DNA from: Adineta vaga
Lineage: Eukaryota > Animalia > Rotifera
Assembly (NCBI GenBank): GCA_021613535.1
Contig: CP075496.1
Location: forward strand, 11,532,001 to 11,596,000
Direction of reading: 5' to 3'
Length of the DNA: 64,000 bases
The position numbers and the translations under genes were made by a program. This document shows, in pieces, positions 1 through 14,661 of this stretch. A model generated the notes under the pieces. It was not told the DNA's origin and did not search any database. It was given only the letters and a program-made list of their open reading frames with translations. The number at the start of each line of letters is the position of its first letter. Within the stretch, counting starts at the first letter, position 1.

Positions 1-154
1 AATTTATATGAAAGAATACGAAATATGTCGTTTGCAATGCAACAACGAAATGAATATCGAAAAAGCATAAGTTAAGAAGGACGCACAAAGTTAGAGAATA
101 GAGAAGAAAAAGTTTATAGCAACATTTGTTGTTGTTCTTCTCTTCGAAAAGAAC

Positions 155-3100
155 TTACAGTGGTGTTAAAGGTGGTGGTAAGCCTCCTGGTTGAGGACTT
201 ACTCTACCGTATTGATTCATTGATGATCTGGAAAGAAATTGAAAGAAGCGTTGGAAAAGAAAGTCATGCATTTTTAGCGAAGAAATCAATTCATGTCCTA
301 AGATATTATTTAATTTGTCAGTGTTATTCATTCATCTAAACCTACGACGATATTGCTAAACCATTCTGATATGTAAATGTATGAAAAGGATCTAATTCAT
401 CAAATAAATTAGATGCTGATTGCACTACGAACTGAGTTTGCCTACAAGAATATATATATATATATATATTAATACAGAATAGTACTTTCATGTCAAATGA
501 AGCATTAACAAGAACTTTCCTTGTCACATGAATTAGCGTCAATATTCTTCACTCACATAACTTTACTCGACACTTTTTCATTTACTTTCGAAAACATATG
601 TGATTGAGATTTACGTGTTGATATAAATCTACTAGCAAGATTTGATAGATATTCAATCAAATGTTTACATACTGAGGCATCATAGGTGTAGGTAAAGCTT
701 GATTGCCACCCATAGCATTTGGTCGGATTGGTGGTTGAGGTGGTTCCCGTGCAGAAAATGACATTGGAGTTGGATTCATTGGTGCCGGCTGTTTCCGTTG
801 TGGATTTGGACTAACCGGACGATTTCTAATTAGAAAAAGTAATCAATTAAAAATAAAAGTAAAAGATTTTTCACATGTTCTTTACCCTCCAAATGGTTGT
901 TGTTGTTGAAAATATGATGTTGAGTCAAAAGAATTATTTGGTATATTTGATGCTGGTGCAAAATTATTATTCATTGAATTGTTCATTGATGCACTCGACA
1001 CTCCAGCAGCTAGGACTGATGCAGGCATGACTGATCCAGCAACTTTTCGTGCATTAATATGGAAATTTTCAATAATAGTCAAAGCCTAGAAAAGGAATTT
1101 TATATAAGAACTAAGCAATGCTACTTATACAGATAAAACATACACTTTTAACAGCTTCATATTCTGCAATTTTCGTTTCCCGACGTTGTCGTTCTTCTTC
1201 TGATTCTTGTAGTAAAGCTTTCTAAAAATTTAAATCATCATCAATATCATTTTTCTGCATAAAAGAATGTTCTTACTGGATCAGGAAGAGCATAGAGATG
1301 CGCCAATAATTCTTTTGATACAAATTTTTGCACCTAAATCAAATAAAATTCAATAAAAAAATCTTTCAATCAGATAAACAGTTTCCATTCACATTTTGAA
1401 CAATATTGAACATAATTGCTTTTGGAATGTAATCACGTGTCATTTTAGCTACAATTTGCATATATGATGATACTAATTTGTTAATTGTTTCAACTTGTCG
1501 TTCCATATGTGGATCAATTGGACCAACTTCAGCTGTAATCTATGAATTGACAACGTAATAAAGGTATACAAATGTTTTTTTTTATTCCCTTACTGTTGTA
1601 TCTTCCGTATGTAGCTCACGTTCAAGATAAATGCCAGCACGTAAGAAAGATGCTTTCCATGTATCTAATTCTTCAGTATTATCAACTGATAATTCAAGTA
1701 CTTTATGTTCTTTATAAACATTTCTAAAAATTAATGATTTTTATTTTTGTAAGTCAATATCATAATGATAAATATCAATGATTACTTACTTTCCTTCAGT
1801 ATGAAAGATTGCAAATTGAGGTCGTTTAGCCATGAAACCACCTTCAACATCTCGAATTTTAAGATTTTCTAATGGTAACATATATTTCTTATCTTTTTCC
1901 TTAAAAAACAAACATTATTCATTTATCAATGTATTTTGGAAATATTTGCAACATACATCTGAATCAGTGAACCATGATAAATTATCTGTTGATAAAACGA
2001 AGAAGAAATCTTTTGCTTGAAATAGTTTAACACCCGTATGAACACGAAGAAAACCTTTACGAATAACCTAAAATTGTACATACATATATATTCTTTTCTC
2101 GTTACAAAAACGAATAATAAAATGTGCACTGAATACGTTTTGACAATATTAGCAGTGATAGGCAAAATCAGGTTGCTTTTTTAGTATGGTGAACATTATA
2201 TACAAGCAAAACAACAATAACAATACAAAAGGTTTCTACTAAAAAGATTTATTTCGAATATCAACATACTTGTCCCTACAAGAACAAAAGCGAGAGATAT
2301 GTTTTGTTTTTTTCGATATATAAATTATGAGTTTTATCAGTCATAAGTGTAGACGTCGTGATGAAAAAAAGATCTTTGCAATTTATTTACCTGATTTGTG
2401 ACATGGCGTTTGGTTTCACCGACACTGACGGATTTTTCGGCACTAAAAAAATGGGAAAAAAGATAAGTAAGTCAAAAACTTCCTCTGTAAATTCTCATTG
2501 CTAGAACTGTCACTGAAAGAAACATAGAAGTTCAAATGTCTATGATTAATCTTCTTTTTGTTTTCATTTGACAACCTTGAAGACATGTCACGAAAATCCG
2601 TTCGATTATGGAAATCTTTTACTAGACAATCTTCGTATTTCTTTTCTTTTTCTATTTCAGATGAGAATGAACTACACTAACCTTGCAAATCCAATAAAAT
2701 CTTCATTATTTGTATTTATGTATGCTAATTGTGTTTGAACGTAAGCTGCACATGCTTGTTTTGTCGCAATTTCTCGTTCTCTAAGATATTGAGTAAGTAA
2801 TTCTTCAGTGGATTGCCGTAATAAAGGATATCGTTTCATCTAGATTGATTCATAGAAAAATCCATTGTCTTGCCAATGAACTAGTCAACTTACTTTACTT
2901 GTTGCTTCATGAATAACAGACATTAATTCTGATAGAACCATATCAACACATTTCATGATTGGTTCTTCAAATTTACTGATTTGCATTTGAACGATATATT
3001 CAAATGCTTCATCCGGCGTAAAAAGACCTGATCTATAATATGCAAAAGAAAAACAATCGAATTAGTTGATTCAATAATCAAAATCAAATTTACCGAAAAC

Positions 3101-4994
3101 CACGTATATTTTTAATTGCTACAATTGTCAAATTGCGCATGTCTTTATCTTGTAATTCAACCTAGATAATAATAATGAATATTTCTTTGATACAAAGCAA
3201 ATTGTTATGGTTAGTACTTTGATTAGTTCAAATGGAAAGCGTTCACGAAAGATATTTGCAATTCGTGCACCGCCTGTTAGTGTTTTTAAATCAGCTTCTT
3301 TTAAATTACTACCTTGTAAAGCTTTATCAAAATCTTCGCGTAATTCATGAGTTAAACTGAAAAAAAATGTAATTTAATTTCTTTTATGAATTGATTCTAT
3401 CTTTGAATTATTTTACCCAACAAGTGCTTTTGTATCTGAAGTTGATGAAGTTTCAAACATTGCTGTTGCACGATATTCAGCAACTTCTTTTGATAGATCA
3501 CGATAACGTGATTGTAAATCTCGTTTTAAATCTGGTAAACATTTGAGGATATGTTCAGTTAATTGAAGACTAAGTGTACGTTGAAGATATGGAACACCTA
3601 ATCTATCAGCGATATCACTGTAAAAGAGAATGACAAAGATGAAAATAAGATTTCTCCTTTTTCTAAAAATATTTCTTACCGATAAGCTGGATCATTCATA
3701 AAAAATTGACGCTCGTGTTCGAGTGCGCCTGGAATATCTAATTCTTTGGATGCTCGACCGTATTCATCAACACGTTGACCACGAAGTACAACACCAATGA
3801 AACCTAAATTAATGATTTTTGAAACACACTACCTTCTTCTTTTCATAATAATTACCTCGTTCAAGTACGAAAACTTTGTTTAAAAGGACCTCACGAGCAT
3901 TATGTCCTTTACCCATCATATCCAATTTTGTTAAGACACCAATAGTACGTTTACCTAATGGATCTCGACTACGAGCCATAACCAAAGCGTCTGATGTCAC
4001 AATATCAATATTAGCTGGTGTTACAGCTAGGATAAGGCAATTTTCATTGCTGATATATTCAATGATAATATCATCGATCTTCTTCACTATATCCGCTGGT
4101 TGACCTTGTGATGGAACCTTAACCATACCAGGTAAATCAACTAACGTAAGGTTAACCACTATAGAAACGAATACGAAAAACATTTAAAGAATCAGGTATA
4201 ACTATGTTTTCAGATGAAATTCATGAACTCATTTGAAATACGAGAATAGAATACAAATATTTTGAAGTACAAACAAGAGAAAAAAACATATCATATACTC
4301 TGGTTGCTGTATTTGTCTCCTGAGACAAAACAAATCTTAATTTAAATCGGCCTCCAAGGATTTGCGAATGAAATCAAGTAAACTAGTCATTATATTTCTT
4401 ACCATGGGGTGAGAAAATTGTTAAATTGATCGGCATATTCGAAACACCCATATCATCACGCACAACTGCCTTTGTATCATTCTCAATTTCAGCTCTAATT
4501 TCAGCATAATTAATAAATCTTTGTTGAGGTTTATGTCCAAAGACAGCATATTCTATAACAAAGGAATAAAAATTATATTTGCATACTAATCTACTTCATT
4601 TTTATTTGCGAATATATATATATACCTTGACCTTGCGATGTAATCAATTGAAGAACAAGTGGTCGTTTAGTAACCATACTTCCACCACGAGGAAGAAAGT
4701 CTCTAGAAAAGAAAAGCAAATAACTGAGTTTTTTTATTTATCATATCGATAAATATTCATACCGGCCGACGATATTTTCCAATACTGAACTTTTGCCCGC
4801 TGATTGGGCACCGACTACTGCAATTTGTGGTAATGTTAATGTTAATTTTGCATTTGCAGTAGTAAATATATGTTGAAGTTGATTGATCATTGGAATTAAT
4901 AATTCCATATCTAAATAAATCAAAATTGATTTATTTCTATTTTCAAATCATCGAAAAATCATGACTTACTTGGGTTGCCTGCTTGAGTTGCCAT
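155..4994 (-). CDS. DNM: Dynamin (classical: GTPase, middle, PH, GED, proline-rich domains), multi-exon with alternative last exons
   Basis: Spliced N-terminus [21 protein letters not shown]; G1 [29 protein letters not shown] and TKLD motifs; PH start VIRKGFL; GED and Pro-rich tail. Stops at 342-344 or 155-157 depending on the last exon. Confidence 0.95.
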
Positions 4995-5562
4995 GGCTGA
5001 ATCTAAAAGTAAAATGATTACGTTTAACCTGTATATGAATGTGAGTAATATATCTTTGCTCGGTTAAATATAAATGTCGTTCTTTGTTTTTCTTTTCTTA
5101 TTTATATATCTCTTTTGTTTATCATAAGAATACATTAATTGACTCAAGTCATATTTCATCTCATCATACATCACTATTTTATTCCATAATTGGCACGAGA
5201 CTGCTTTAACTGTTATTTGTTTGTTTATTATTTATTTCTCTCAACACCAATAGAACAAGAAAAACACGTCATCTAGATGGCGCTTGTCACAATTCACGAT
5301 ACAATAGATAAAGGAAATACTTCTGATTAAATATGTAAATTCAATAGCATGTTATGTAAAATAGTAGAAGAAAAGGCAAAACTGAATCAACTTAAATCTA
5401 TTTATTCGTCGTAAAACAAGACCAAAAAAAAACAATGTTGTTAGATAACATTTATTTAAAATCTTATTTTCATTTATAAGACTATCTATTTATTTTAATA
5501 CTCATAAAAAAGAAAATAAAAAGAACGAGATAAATATGTTATGAAATGTTTTTCAAGATATT

Positions 5563-6871
5563 CTACTGATGACCAACAATACGATGTGGTTGATATAGTT
5601 CTTCTAAATTCTTAATTTCTTCATCCGAAAGTTTTATTTGTGTCGCTGCAACAGCTTCTTCTAATTGATACATTTTTGTTGCACCAACAACAGGTGCACA
5701 AACACCAGATTTTGATAAAATCCATGCTAAAGCTAACTGTGCCGGTTTAACTTGTTTTTTTTCTGCAACAATTTTTAATCGTTCTACAATTTCAAAATCA
5801 CTATCTGCATAATATAAATTATGACCAATAGCATCAGTTTCTGCTCGTTTAGTTGCGGAAGTTTTTTCTCTATTTTCTTTATTGATATCCGATTTACTTC
5901 GATTTCCTGTGAGAAAACCTCGAGCAAGTGGTGACCATGGAATAAGACCAACCCCTTGATCAAGACATAATGGATTCATTTCACGTTCTTCTTCACGATA
6001 AACAAGCTAAAAGGAAAGAAACGATTACTATTGAAGAATATTTTTTTCTTCTTTCGAGATTAACTTACATTATAATGATTTTGCATGGAAATAAATTTTG
6101 TCCAACCATTTTTCTCAGCTATATGTTGAGCTTTTGCAAATTGCCAAGCATACATTGATGATGCACCAATATAACGAACCTAATTATTATATTATCATGA
6201 TTAGAAGAAATCGAAGTATTTATCTGAATACTTACTTTACCCGATCGAACTAAATCATTTAATGCTTCCATGGTTTCTTCTAGAATATACAAATACAAGT
6301 ATTGAATACTGACTTTTGATTTTTGATTTTTGATTTTTGTTTACCAATAGGTGTTTCTTTATCGAAACGATGAATTTGATAAAGATCAATATAATCCATA
6401 TTTAATCGTTTTAAACTGGCATTACATGCATCGAAAATATGTTTTCGACTCAAACCTTTTTGATTTGGACCATCAGCAACTTGATGAAATACTTTCGTTG
6501 CTACAATAATTTCTTCTCGAATAGCCATATCATTCAATGCTCGACCAGTGATTTCTTCACTTACACCAAGTGAATACTAAAAAAATATGAAATCTTATTT
6601 GATTAGTTTCATGTTTGTTTTTCAATGATAAATTTCAAACCATATCTGCAGTATCGAAAAAATTAATACCAAGTTCTAATGCTCTTTTAACAAATGGACG
6701 TGCTTGTTCTTCTTCAATAACCCATTCACGCCATTTTGTTGATCCATACGACATCATACCCAAACAAATTCGAGACACTTGTAAACCACTATTACCCAAG
6801 CGAACATAAGGCATGCCACTTTTTTTTATTCCTTCAACTACAGAAATCTTTTGACTATCACTGGAACTCAT
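5563..6871 (-). CDS. Aldo-keto reductase, bacterial YajO-like, with 4 coding introns
   Basis: [64 protein letters not shown] and APVVGAT motifs; collinear with E. coli YajO as recalled. Confidence 0.9.
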
Positions 6872-7680
6872 GTTTCTACAGTAAAACTATCAAAGAAAAA
6901 AAAAATAAATGTATATATCAAGTACAAATTTTAGCTATGTCATTCTTATAAAGCTTACTGTTCGTTGTAAGCAGAATGTTTTTTTCTATATCGTATTTGT
7001 CGCTCTCTGGTTTTTCGTTCTTCATCGAAAAGAAAAATAAGAAATGAAAAAGAGATAAATATAAACTTTTAGTGTAACCTTTAAACACGTTTATACATCA
7101 TTATATTGCTCGAACAAATTCTATTTTGATCGGGTAGAGTTTAAACAAACTACTTTCTATCAGATACAACTGAGCGATATCTATTGTTTATAATATTCTT
7201 TTCTACCGATTGATTTTACTTTTATTTTATGTTCTGCATAATACTCGATATATCAAAATAAGTTTAACATATGATTACGAAGAATGATCGTATGAATCAT
7301 AATCAAATATTAAAGTACATTGGTTATGTTCTCGATGTATCTAAACGTAATGAATGATCTTTTGATTAAGATACGTTCCAGAAATGATATATGCGTTCTT
7401 CTGTTCCATAAAGATTTATCTGATTATCTGCTGAATGAAACAACTATCTTCTTGTCTAGACTATGTTTGGATTGAAAAAGAACCTAATAAAATAGGTATG
7501 AGAACAAAATATGTCTAATTATGTTGATATCTGTATAACATAGTTTGAAATTTTTGATTCTGAATAAAATACCAGTATCATTTCTGACTTTGAATGACTA
7601 TTTCGATTAAAATAAATGTATATGAACACATAAAAAATACACACAATGAGAGATTTTGTCTTCGTTGAAATAAAGAAAAT

Positions 7681-8486
7681 TTAACTGTCAGATAAGAGAT
7701 TAAACACAAAATCTTTGAGAATGTCCAGACTAATTTCATCTCGAATTTCAAGTACTCGATGACCAAATTCTTCGGCAATTAAAATATTATGTACGTCATC
7801 ATCAAGTAAAAGAATTTCATTAGGTTTAATTGTTTTATGTCGTCGAGTTGATAATTCCGTAACTACAGATGATAAATGATATTCTTTACCAAGAAAATCA
7901 TCATTCATATGTGCAACAAATTCTGGAGTATTACATCGAATGATAATTCGATCTGTTTTACTAAATAGAAACTAAAATAGAAAGAATAAGTTCAAATTAA
8001 CATTACAACTTACGAAGTTTTAAAAGCTAATTGAAGTAATTTACGTATTAATTGTTCTTGTGATGAAAAGGATACAATGCAAACATGAAGTGCATGACCA
8101 AATGCTGATGAATCCAAAAGTTCTTGAATAAGATAATAGAATGTCGAACGAATATGTTCTAATAAACTATCCACTGTTCCTTGATAGTAACCACCGGTAT
8201 GTATTGATAGAAATGTATTATCAAAATCGATAGCAACTAATTTAATATTTTTCTGTTGGATACCTAAGACAATATCACGAGCTTTACCACGTTGTTCAGA
8301 ATTATATTTTGAAGTACTAATACGTGGAGATGAATTTCTATCAGATAGACTTGCATTCGATCGACGAGGTTGATTTTTTAATCTCATTAATGATATGAGT
8401 GATGTGGATGACTGAGATCTTTTATTCGGTATAATAGGAGGTGACGATGTTTGACTTGACAAAGAAATTTTTGTTAAACGAGACAT
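7681..8486 (-). CDS. HAD-superfamily hydrolase-like protein with Ser-rich N-terminus (2 exons)
   Basis: Motif I IKLVAIDFDNT, motif II VSFS, motif III GK and motif IV LLDDD..NI; intron at about 7961-8013. Confidence 0.75.
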
Positions 8487-11333
8487 ATCTAAAATTAAAA
8501 GATATTCGTTAATCCATTGTCGTAAGACATAAGTAAACGATAGAGATACAAATATGCATACTATCGAAGAAGAAAAGAAAAAGAAGAGACAATAGATCAA
8601 ACATTGCTTACATTGTTGTATACATATTAGTCTATCTAAATGAAGGTAATTGCATACGCGATATTTAGGTATAGTATACTTACTACTTTTTTTCCTCTTT
8701 ATCGACAATAAATATGTAAAGGTATAGAAGATATATATATATATGTACGTACAGTAATCTAAAGCTCATATACAATCATTAGGCTATATTATTTTCTCTT
8801 CGGCGAATAACTTCTATGATTTAAGAGACGTACAAGGTTGTATTGGTCATAACAAAATACCTTCATCAATACAAAACATGTCCTTGTTCTTCATGGTGAA
8901 AATTAAACAAATATACATGTATCTTTTTTGTTGCTACAAAGGCAATATATAAGGTCAGAAAGTAATCGAATCAATTATGTTCTTTCTAATGACCTATAGA
9001 AATATAACAACGATATGTTTTTCATATATACTGAAAAACATCTAAACTCAAGAGAGTTTAAGTATATACTTCATTTATATAGATGAAATAACTTTATTAA
9101 TGAGAAAGAAATAAACTCTACACAAATCTTTTTGTCTCTTTTATATATCTATAATAAGTTTCTACGATAGACTTGATCAACTGGGTAGATAATTTACGAT
9201 GAAGGTTATCGATAATTTAGAATAAATGACAAGGAAATATAAAGATTAATTCAAACCTTTCTTTCCTTATATTGATTATTCCAAAAACAAATGACGATTG
9301 TCGTTGATCTTATAAGCATTCTAAAATACGAAAAAATAACAATTGTAAGAAAGGTATATCAACAAACGATTAAAAGCAATAAAAATCTCTTCTGTGCGAA
9401 TCTTTCTAATTTATATATCTGTGTTCTTCTGTGACACAAAGTCAGTCGGTTTTACTTATCACTCATTCAGAAGCGTCGAACATCCGGCATAATTTCCTTT
9501 TCAATTAACAGTCGACATACAAGGTCTTAATTGCAAAGAAGAACTCGTTCTCGTCTTCTGCATATCTCAACACATACATCAAAATAAACAAATGAATCAT
9601 TTATTCGATTAGCACACTATAGATTCATGCACATCAAATATGAATTAAGCTCTATGTAGGCTAAATCGATTTTATGATTGATCTGTTACATCAATGTTAC
9701 GAAAGAAAGAAAAAAAGAAAGAAAATCACGTTTTATTGATTACTTTTTAAAAACATATAACATTTATTTATTTCGCATTTGATTTTATTTACGAAACATC
9801 GAATCAATGACTACTCGTTTTGTTCGATCGATCTATAACGAAATCAATAGATTGTATATGTAGAAAAACATATTCAATTAAATTGAAACTATATAGGTTC
9901 TTAAAAGTCGTTTCGTTTGCTAATTTCTGAATGTTATTTAAAGTTAGAAATAAGATCTTACTTTTTAATCTAAAAATTAACCAACTGAACTGAAAGATGT
10001 CTCGCAAAGAGAATGGAGAAATTTATATAGATATTGAAGATAATCGAATCGGATGTATTTATTATATGATGTGACTTTTACGTTTCACAACCAACGAGAA
10101 TAAAATTCGTTTGGAAGATGTCGCCCAGTTTTACCTGTTATAAAAACTCGAAAACGAAATACACAATTAGATGATCATTAAAAATCAGGTACATCCAGTT
10201 CAAATCTTTCCAAATTTTAAATGTCTTTCATCTAAAGTGAATTTCAAAGAAAAATAGACACTACAGTGTTTCTCGCCGGTAAAAGTTTATGAATTCAACT
10301 CAAATTGTGCACATTAACCGTTGACAAGAATTATTCTCTATTAAATAAATTCTCATGAGAATGATACATTATTTTCATCAAGAAAGATTGTCTTTTATTC
10401 GATGTATGTATGTTTGTTCAAGTAAATGGTAGATGAATTCCTTAAGGAAAATGCAAAAATTCTATTGTGTATTTTCATTTTCTTGAGTGTTTATTAGTTA
10501 TTTATTGACACATAATAATCAACATATATATAGAACTTTGTCGATAGGGAAGTTAACTGAGTAAATATTATTGTTTATGAAAAAAATATTAATATTCGGT
10601 AGATTGACTAGATGCAATGATATAGTCATATATAGAAAGGTATTAAAAGAAAGGTTTCATGTGAATCTTATATGTTACACTTTATGTCGTAAAGAAAATA
10701 TCTACTGGATAATTTGCTTCATAAACATGACAGATGTGAGTTAGAATTGATGATTCTTTTTTTCTGATGAGCAGGAAGAATGGCACTACGCAGGACATAG
10801 TCTTCGCTTTCAATAAATGTGCAAAAACACCTAAGATAATGAGGTTTCTTCCTTTTTTTTTTCAAATATCACAAAAATTATGAAGTCATTATTCAAATGT
10901 ATTCTAATGCTTTTCCCCGTTTTTTCAGTCAAATAAAAATTAATTCTCCGGTCATAGTTATTTCGGTGTAGACTGAATATTATTTGAGTAGGTACTTTAA
11001 CGACTTCAATCATTACCAATATGTGATGAGAGTGTTGGATAGTAATCAGAGAATTTCTTCGACATTCGTTTGTCTCTTATAAATAGTCGCTTTCTCTTAG
11101 AGATACTAATGAATAAAAAGCGAAGAAGAAAAGAAGAAAAAAAAGTATTCCTCTAGACATTCTTGTGTTAACAAGCCGCTGTAAACGATATGTAAGTGTT
11201 TGCATTCATAGAAAATTGCAAGTATCTCTTCATACAAGTGACTACTATTGCTATCTTCTTTGCTCGATTAGTTTTATATTCTAGATTTTCTTCTATTGAT
11301 TCATGTAAAACATCTTTGAACAAATTAGAAATT

Positions 11334-12473
11334 ATGCATCACGAAAAAATCGAAAAGGTTAGATAGAATAATTAGATATTGCAAATATGAAAAATGTTTT
11401 TTCATTAAATTAGACTGGTGGAGTAGATTATGATTCATTGTTTACAGCTACACAAAAAATTTTCATAAGTATTCGCAAAACATCAACAACTAATGATACA
11501 ATTGAAATCTCAACAATAGGAAATGCTGAAGAAAGTAAGTTATATTATTTTATAGAACATTTGATGAAAATAGAAGTCAATTTATCTTGAAAGTAGTTTT
11601 TTTATTATTAAGGATCATTCTTTTTCTTTGTCTACTTAGAAAGAATAGTTTCAAAAGACACGAGGTCGGAAAAAGAACATTTACTATATTAAAAAACTGA
11701 AAAGAATAAGAAAACTAATACAGTAAAGTAAATGCTATTTCTATCTAATAATGTTGTTTTTTTCCGCGAATATTCTATTGTTTTCAATGTCAAAATGAAA
11801 AAACAATCTGTTCAGTTAAATAAGAACCTCATCTTTCTTTTTGTTCCTAGCTGATGAAGTTGATCCATTGCGAATTCATGAAATCATCATTGTTATCTGT
11901 GTTCTATTGTTATGGTGTACTTCAATTTATGTCTTTATTCGTCATTCACATATTTTACGAATTCGTCATCGTGATATACCCTATCGTTCTGATTCAAAGG
12001 GACCCGTAAATTTGAATCATATTATGATTACTACTCGTACTAGTGATGCGGTTCTGCATCGTAAATCTTGTATTTCATCAACATGTGGTATGACACCACC
12101 CGGAGAGAAACGTTTTGTAAATGAATCTAAAGTCTTTGGAACCATTGAAACTATCTCCTTATCAGTTTCACCATCATCTCGAAAACGACGATTTACACCT
12201 CTACTTGATAGACATATATTATCCATTACCAAACATTCTCTGGATAAACATGATGATAAGAAACAATTACTTGATCCACGTCACATTTCAATGGAAGTGA
12301 AAGAAAATTTTGTTAGTTTACACCACAAAAGTGTAGAAAATTTATCAACAATTAAACATTCAACATTTCATTCAGTAAATGCATGCGATTTCATCAACAA
12401 AATAACGCTCAACATTTACATGGTAAAAAACGACGTATACAAGAGTCACCTGTATAAATGTCCTTTTCAGTGA
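11334..12473 (+). CDS. Single-pass membrane protein, TM segment resembling FNDC4/5 C-terminal (DUF4808-like)
   Basis: Exons 11334-11357, 11414-11534 and 11851-12473 splice in frame; TM HEIIIVICVLLLWCTSIYVFIRH. Confidence 0.55.
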
Positions 12474-13094
12474 AAAAATTTAATCATTTGAAAGTTTTTA
12501 TTGATGTAAAATATATATATATATATATAACTTTATTCTACTATATAAAAATATCCGATCTGAAAATGTTGGCAACGTTTATAAACAATGAAGAATACCT
12601 TCAACAAGTTAAATTAGATCGCTAGTTCGTTTCATATTTCTCTTCATTAAAAAAACATTGATAAAAAGAAATGTAAGTCTGCACATATAAACATTACAAG
12701 TCACAACATCTATGATGTAAAAAAAGAAGTACTAGAGAAGCAAGAATTAGATTTCTTGAAAGGATTTAACTAGTATTAGACTATCACGAGATTCCTAACT
12801 TATATTTCAAATTAATATGTTTCTTGTTAACGAGAGAACCACAGCGAGGACAGTACTGTGTATAAGCTATAACTGCACATTTTATCAGAGAAAATCAAAC
12901 TTGATAGATGTCGCAATGTTGTTATACTTGAATTATAATCAATGGTTGTTTTTGATCTACCATTCAGAACGAACCGAATGCACTCACTGACTATGACTAA
13001 CTGATTATCTCATGCTCATCTCATCTAGTGCAACGACATACGTATAGTATAGTACCTTGATAATGTTTGATTAAATTCTCACCAAGATCATGCA

Positions 13095-14267
13095 ATGGTT
13101 GCCAGTCTTCTCAATTCTGAAACTATCGACTCCACATCATCGTCAATACCAAAGACAATTGTCGATGATACATTTGATCCACATACAACAAAATGGTCTG
13201 ATGTAAATCTATTCAAATTTGGAGCTTTAATTGCTATTTCAACAACTGCTGAAAATGCCGTTTTCTATCCGTATGTGTATATATATATATATTTATTATT
13301 TAACTATTTCCTTTGATTTTGTAACATATTTTGAATAGATTGTATGTTTTGAAAACGCGTGAGCAAAGTGATCGACGTAATTTAACACTTTTACAATCAT
13401 TTCGCTATCATCTTCGTAGTAGTTTCTCGAAAACAACTACAGCAGGTAGTATTTCGTCATTATATCGAGGTTTTTGGTTTTCAAGTATTGCTGGTTTACC
13501 AGCTTATGGACTTTATCTCGGTGTTTATATCTCTACAAAAGATCGACTTAATGCTACTAATAGTACTTCAGCACGATTTTATGCACCATTTATTGCTGGT
13601 GCACTCGGTAATAAAGAATTTTTTCGTAGAATAATATCCTATATTTTCTTTCTGTTGAAATTATTTAGCTGATGCTGTTAGTGTGCTTTTTTATGTTCCT
13701 AGTGATGTTATTGTTCAACGTCTTCAAGTATCTGATAGTCCATATAAATCATCTTTCGATGCTATACGTAAAATTTACGTAAACGAAGGTATCAAAGGTT
13801 ATTATCGAGGACTTGGTGCAACATTCATGGTCAGCGCACTTGCTTCATCAATATGGTGGACAGCTTATGAAAACGTCAAATATCTTCTCTATCATCCATC
13901 AATATTACCTTATTTCACAGGAAGAAAACAATCAAATGATCAAACACATAGTGTAAATCGTCTTCCACAATTTACTGCTGGTTTCGTTGCTGGAACAATT
14001 ACATCAGCTTGTGTTAATCCACTTGATGTCGTCAAAACACGTATACAAACTCAACATATCTATACATCAAGCAAAACATCATCATCACCAGTAATGTACA
14101 AAAATACATTTCATGGTTTAGCATGTTTATGGCGTGAAGAAGGTGTACATGGATTATTTCGAGGTATATTACCCAAATTAATGTCTCGAGGACCATTATC
14201 AGCAGTTAGCGCAATTGTATTTGAACTGGTTCTTTATTATTCAAGAGATGATTTAACTAGGTTTTAG
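13095..14267 (+). CDS. Mitochondrial carrier, SLC25A44-like (3 exons)
   Basis: Three Px[D/E]xx[K/R]xR-type repeats (YPLYVLKTREQ, VPSDVIVQRLQ, NPLDVVKTRIQ) and [Y/F]RG motifs; N-terminal WSDVNLFKF resembles SLC25A44. Confidence 0.85.
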
Positions 14268-14661
14268 TTTAATTTTTTTGTGTTTTTTTTGTTACTATTC
14301 GTACAATTATCATAGAGAACAGAAATAAAGGTAAACTTTAGTTTTGTAATTTATTCAAAGATCTATATGATCTGACAAAAACAATCTCAATAAGATTCTC
14401 CTAATATCACGAAATTATATTAAAGATTAGTATCAATCAAGATGTCTTATCTAATCATGATCAACTCTCATTGATAAGCAGAATTCATTTCGTAGTTTTT
14501 GATTATTTATTTAGAAAAAAAAGCAAACATTTGTTCAATCTTATCTTACTTTTCATTAAAAGTACAACAAATATAGTAATGAAAAAATAACTTTAGGAAT
14601 TTAAATAATATTTTTGATTTGAAACTTGATTATAAACTAACAAAATATATCCAAACATGAT

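Noticed and set aside
6310-6340. Short TTTTTGA tandem and many intronic (AT)n runs
   Set aside because: Ordinary microsatellites in AT-rich introns; no CRISPR-like or other organised structure.
7681-8486. HAD phosphatase as part of the mycosporine cluster, as in some actinobacterial clusters
   Set aside because: It is more than 8 kb away with three unrelated genes in between and does not obviously resemble the cluster-associated HADs.
8700-11300. Long non-coding stretches here and at about 45400-48100 as possible transposon remnants
   Set aside because: No terminal repeats, target-site duplications or transposase/RT fragments were seen by eye.
12420-12473. Possible frameshift near the end of the DUF4808-like gene (alternate frame KRRIQESPV*)
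   Set aside because: The main ORF is open to its own stop; there is no independent evidence without homologues.
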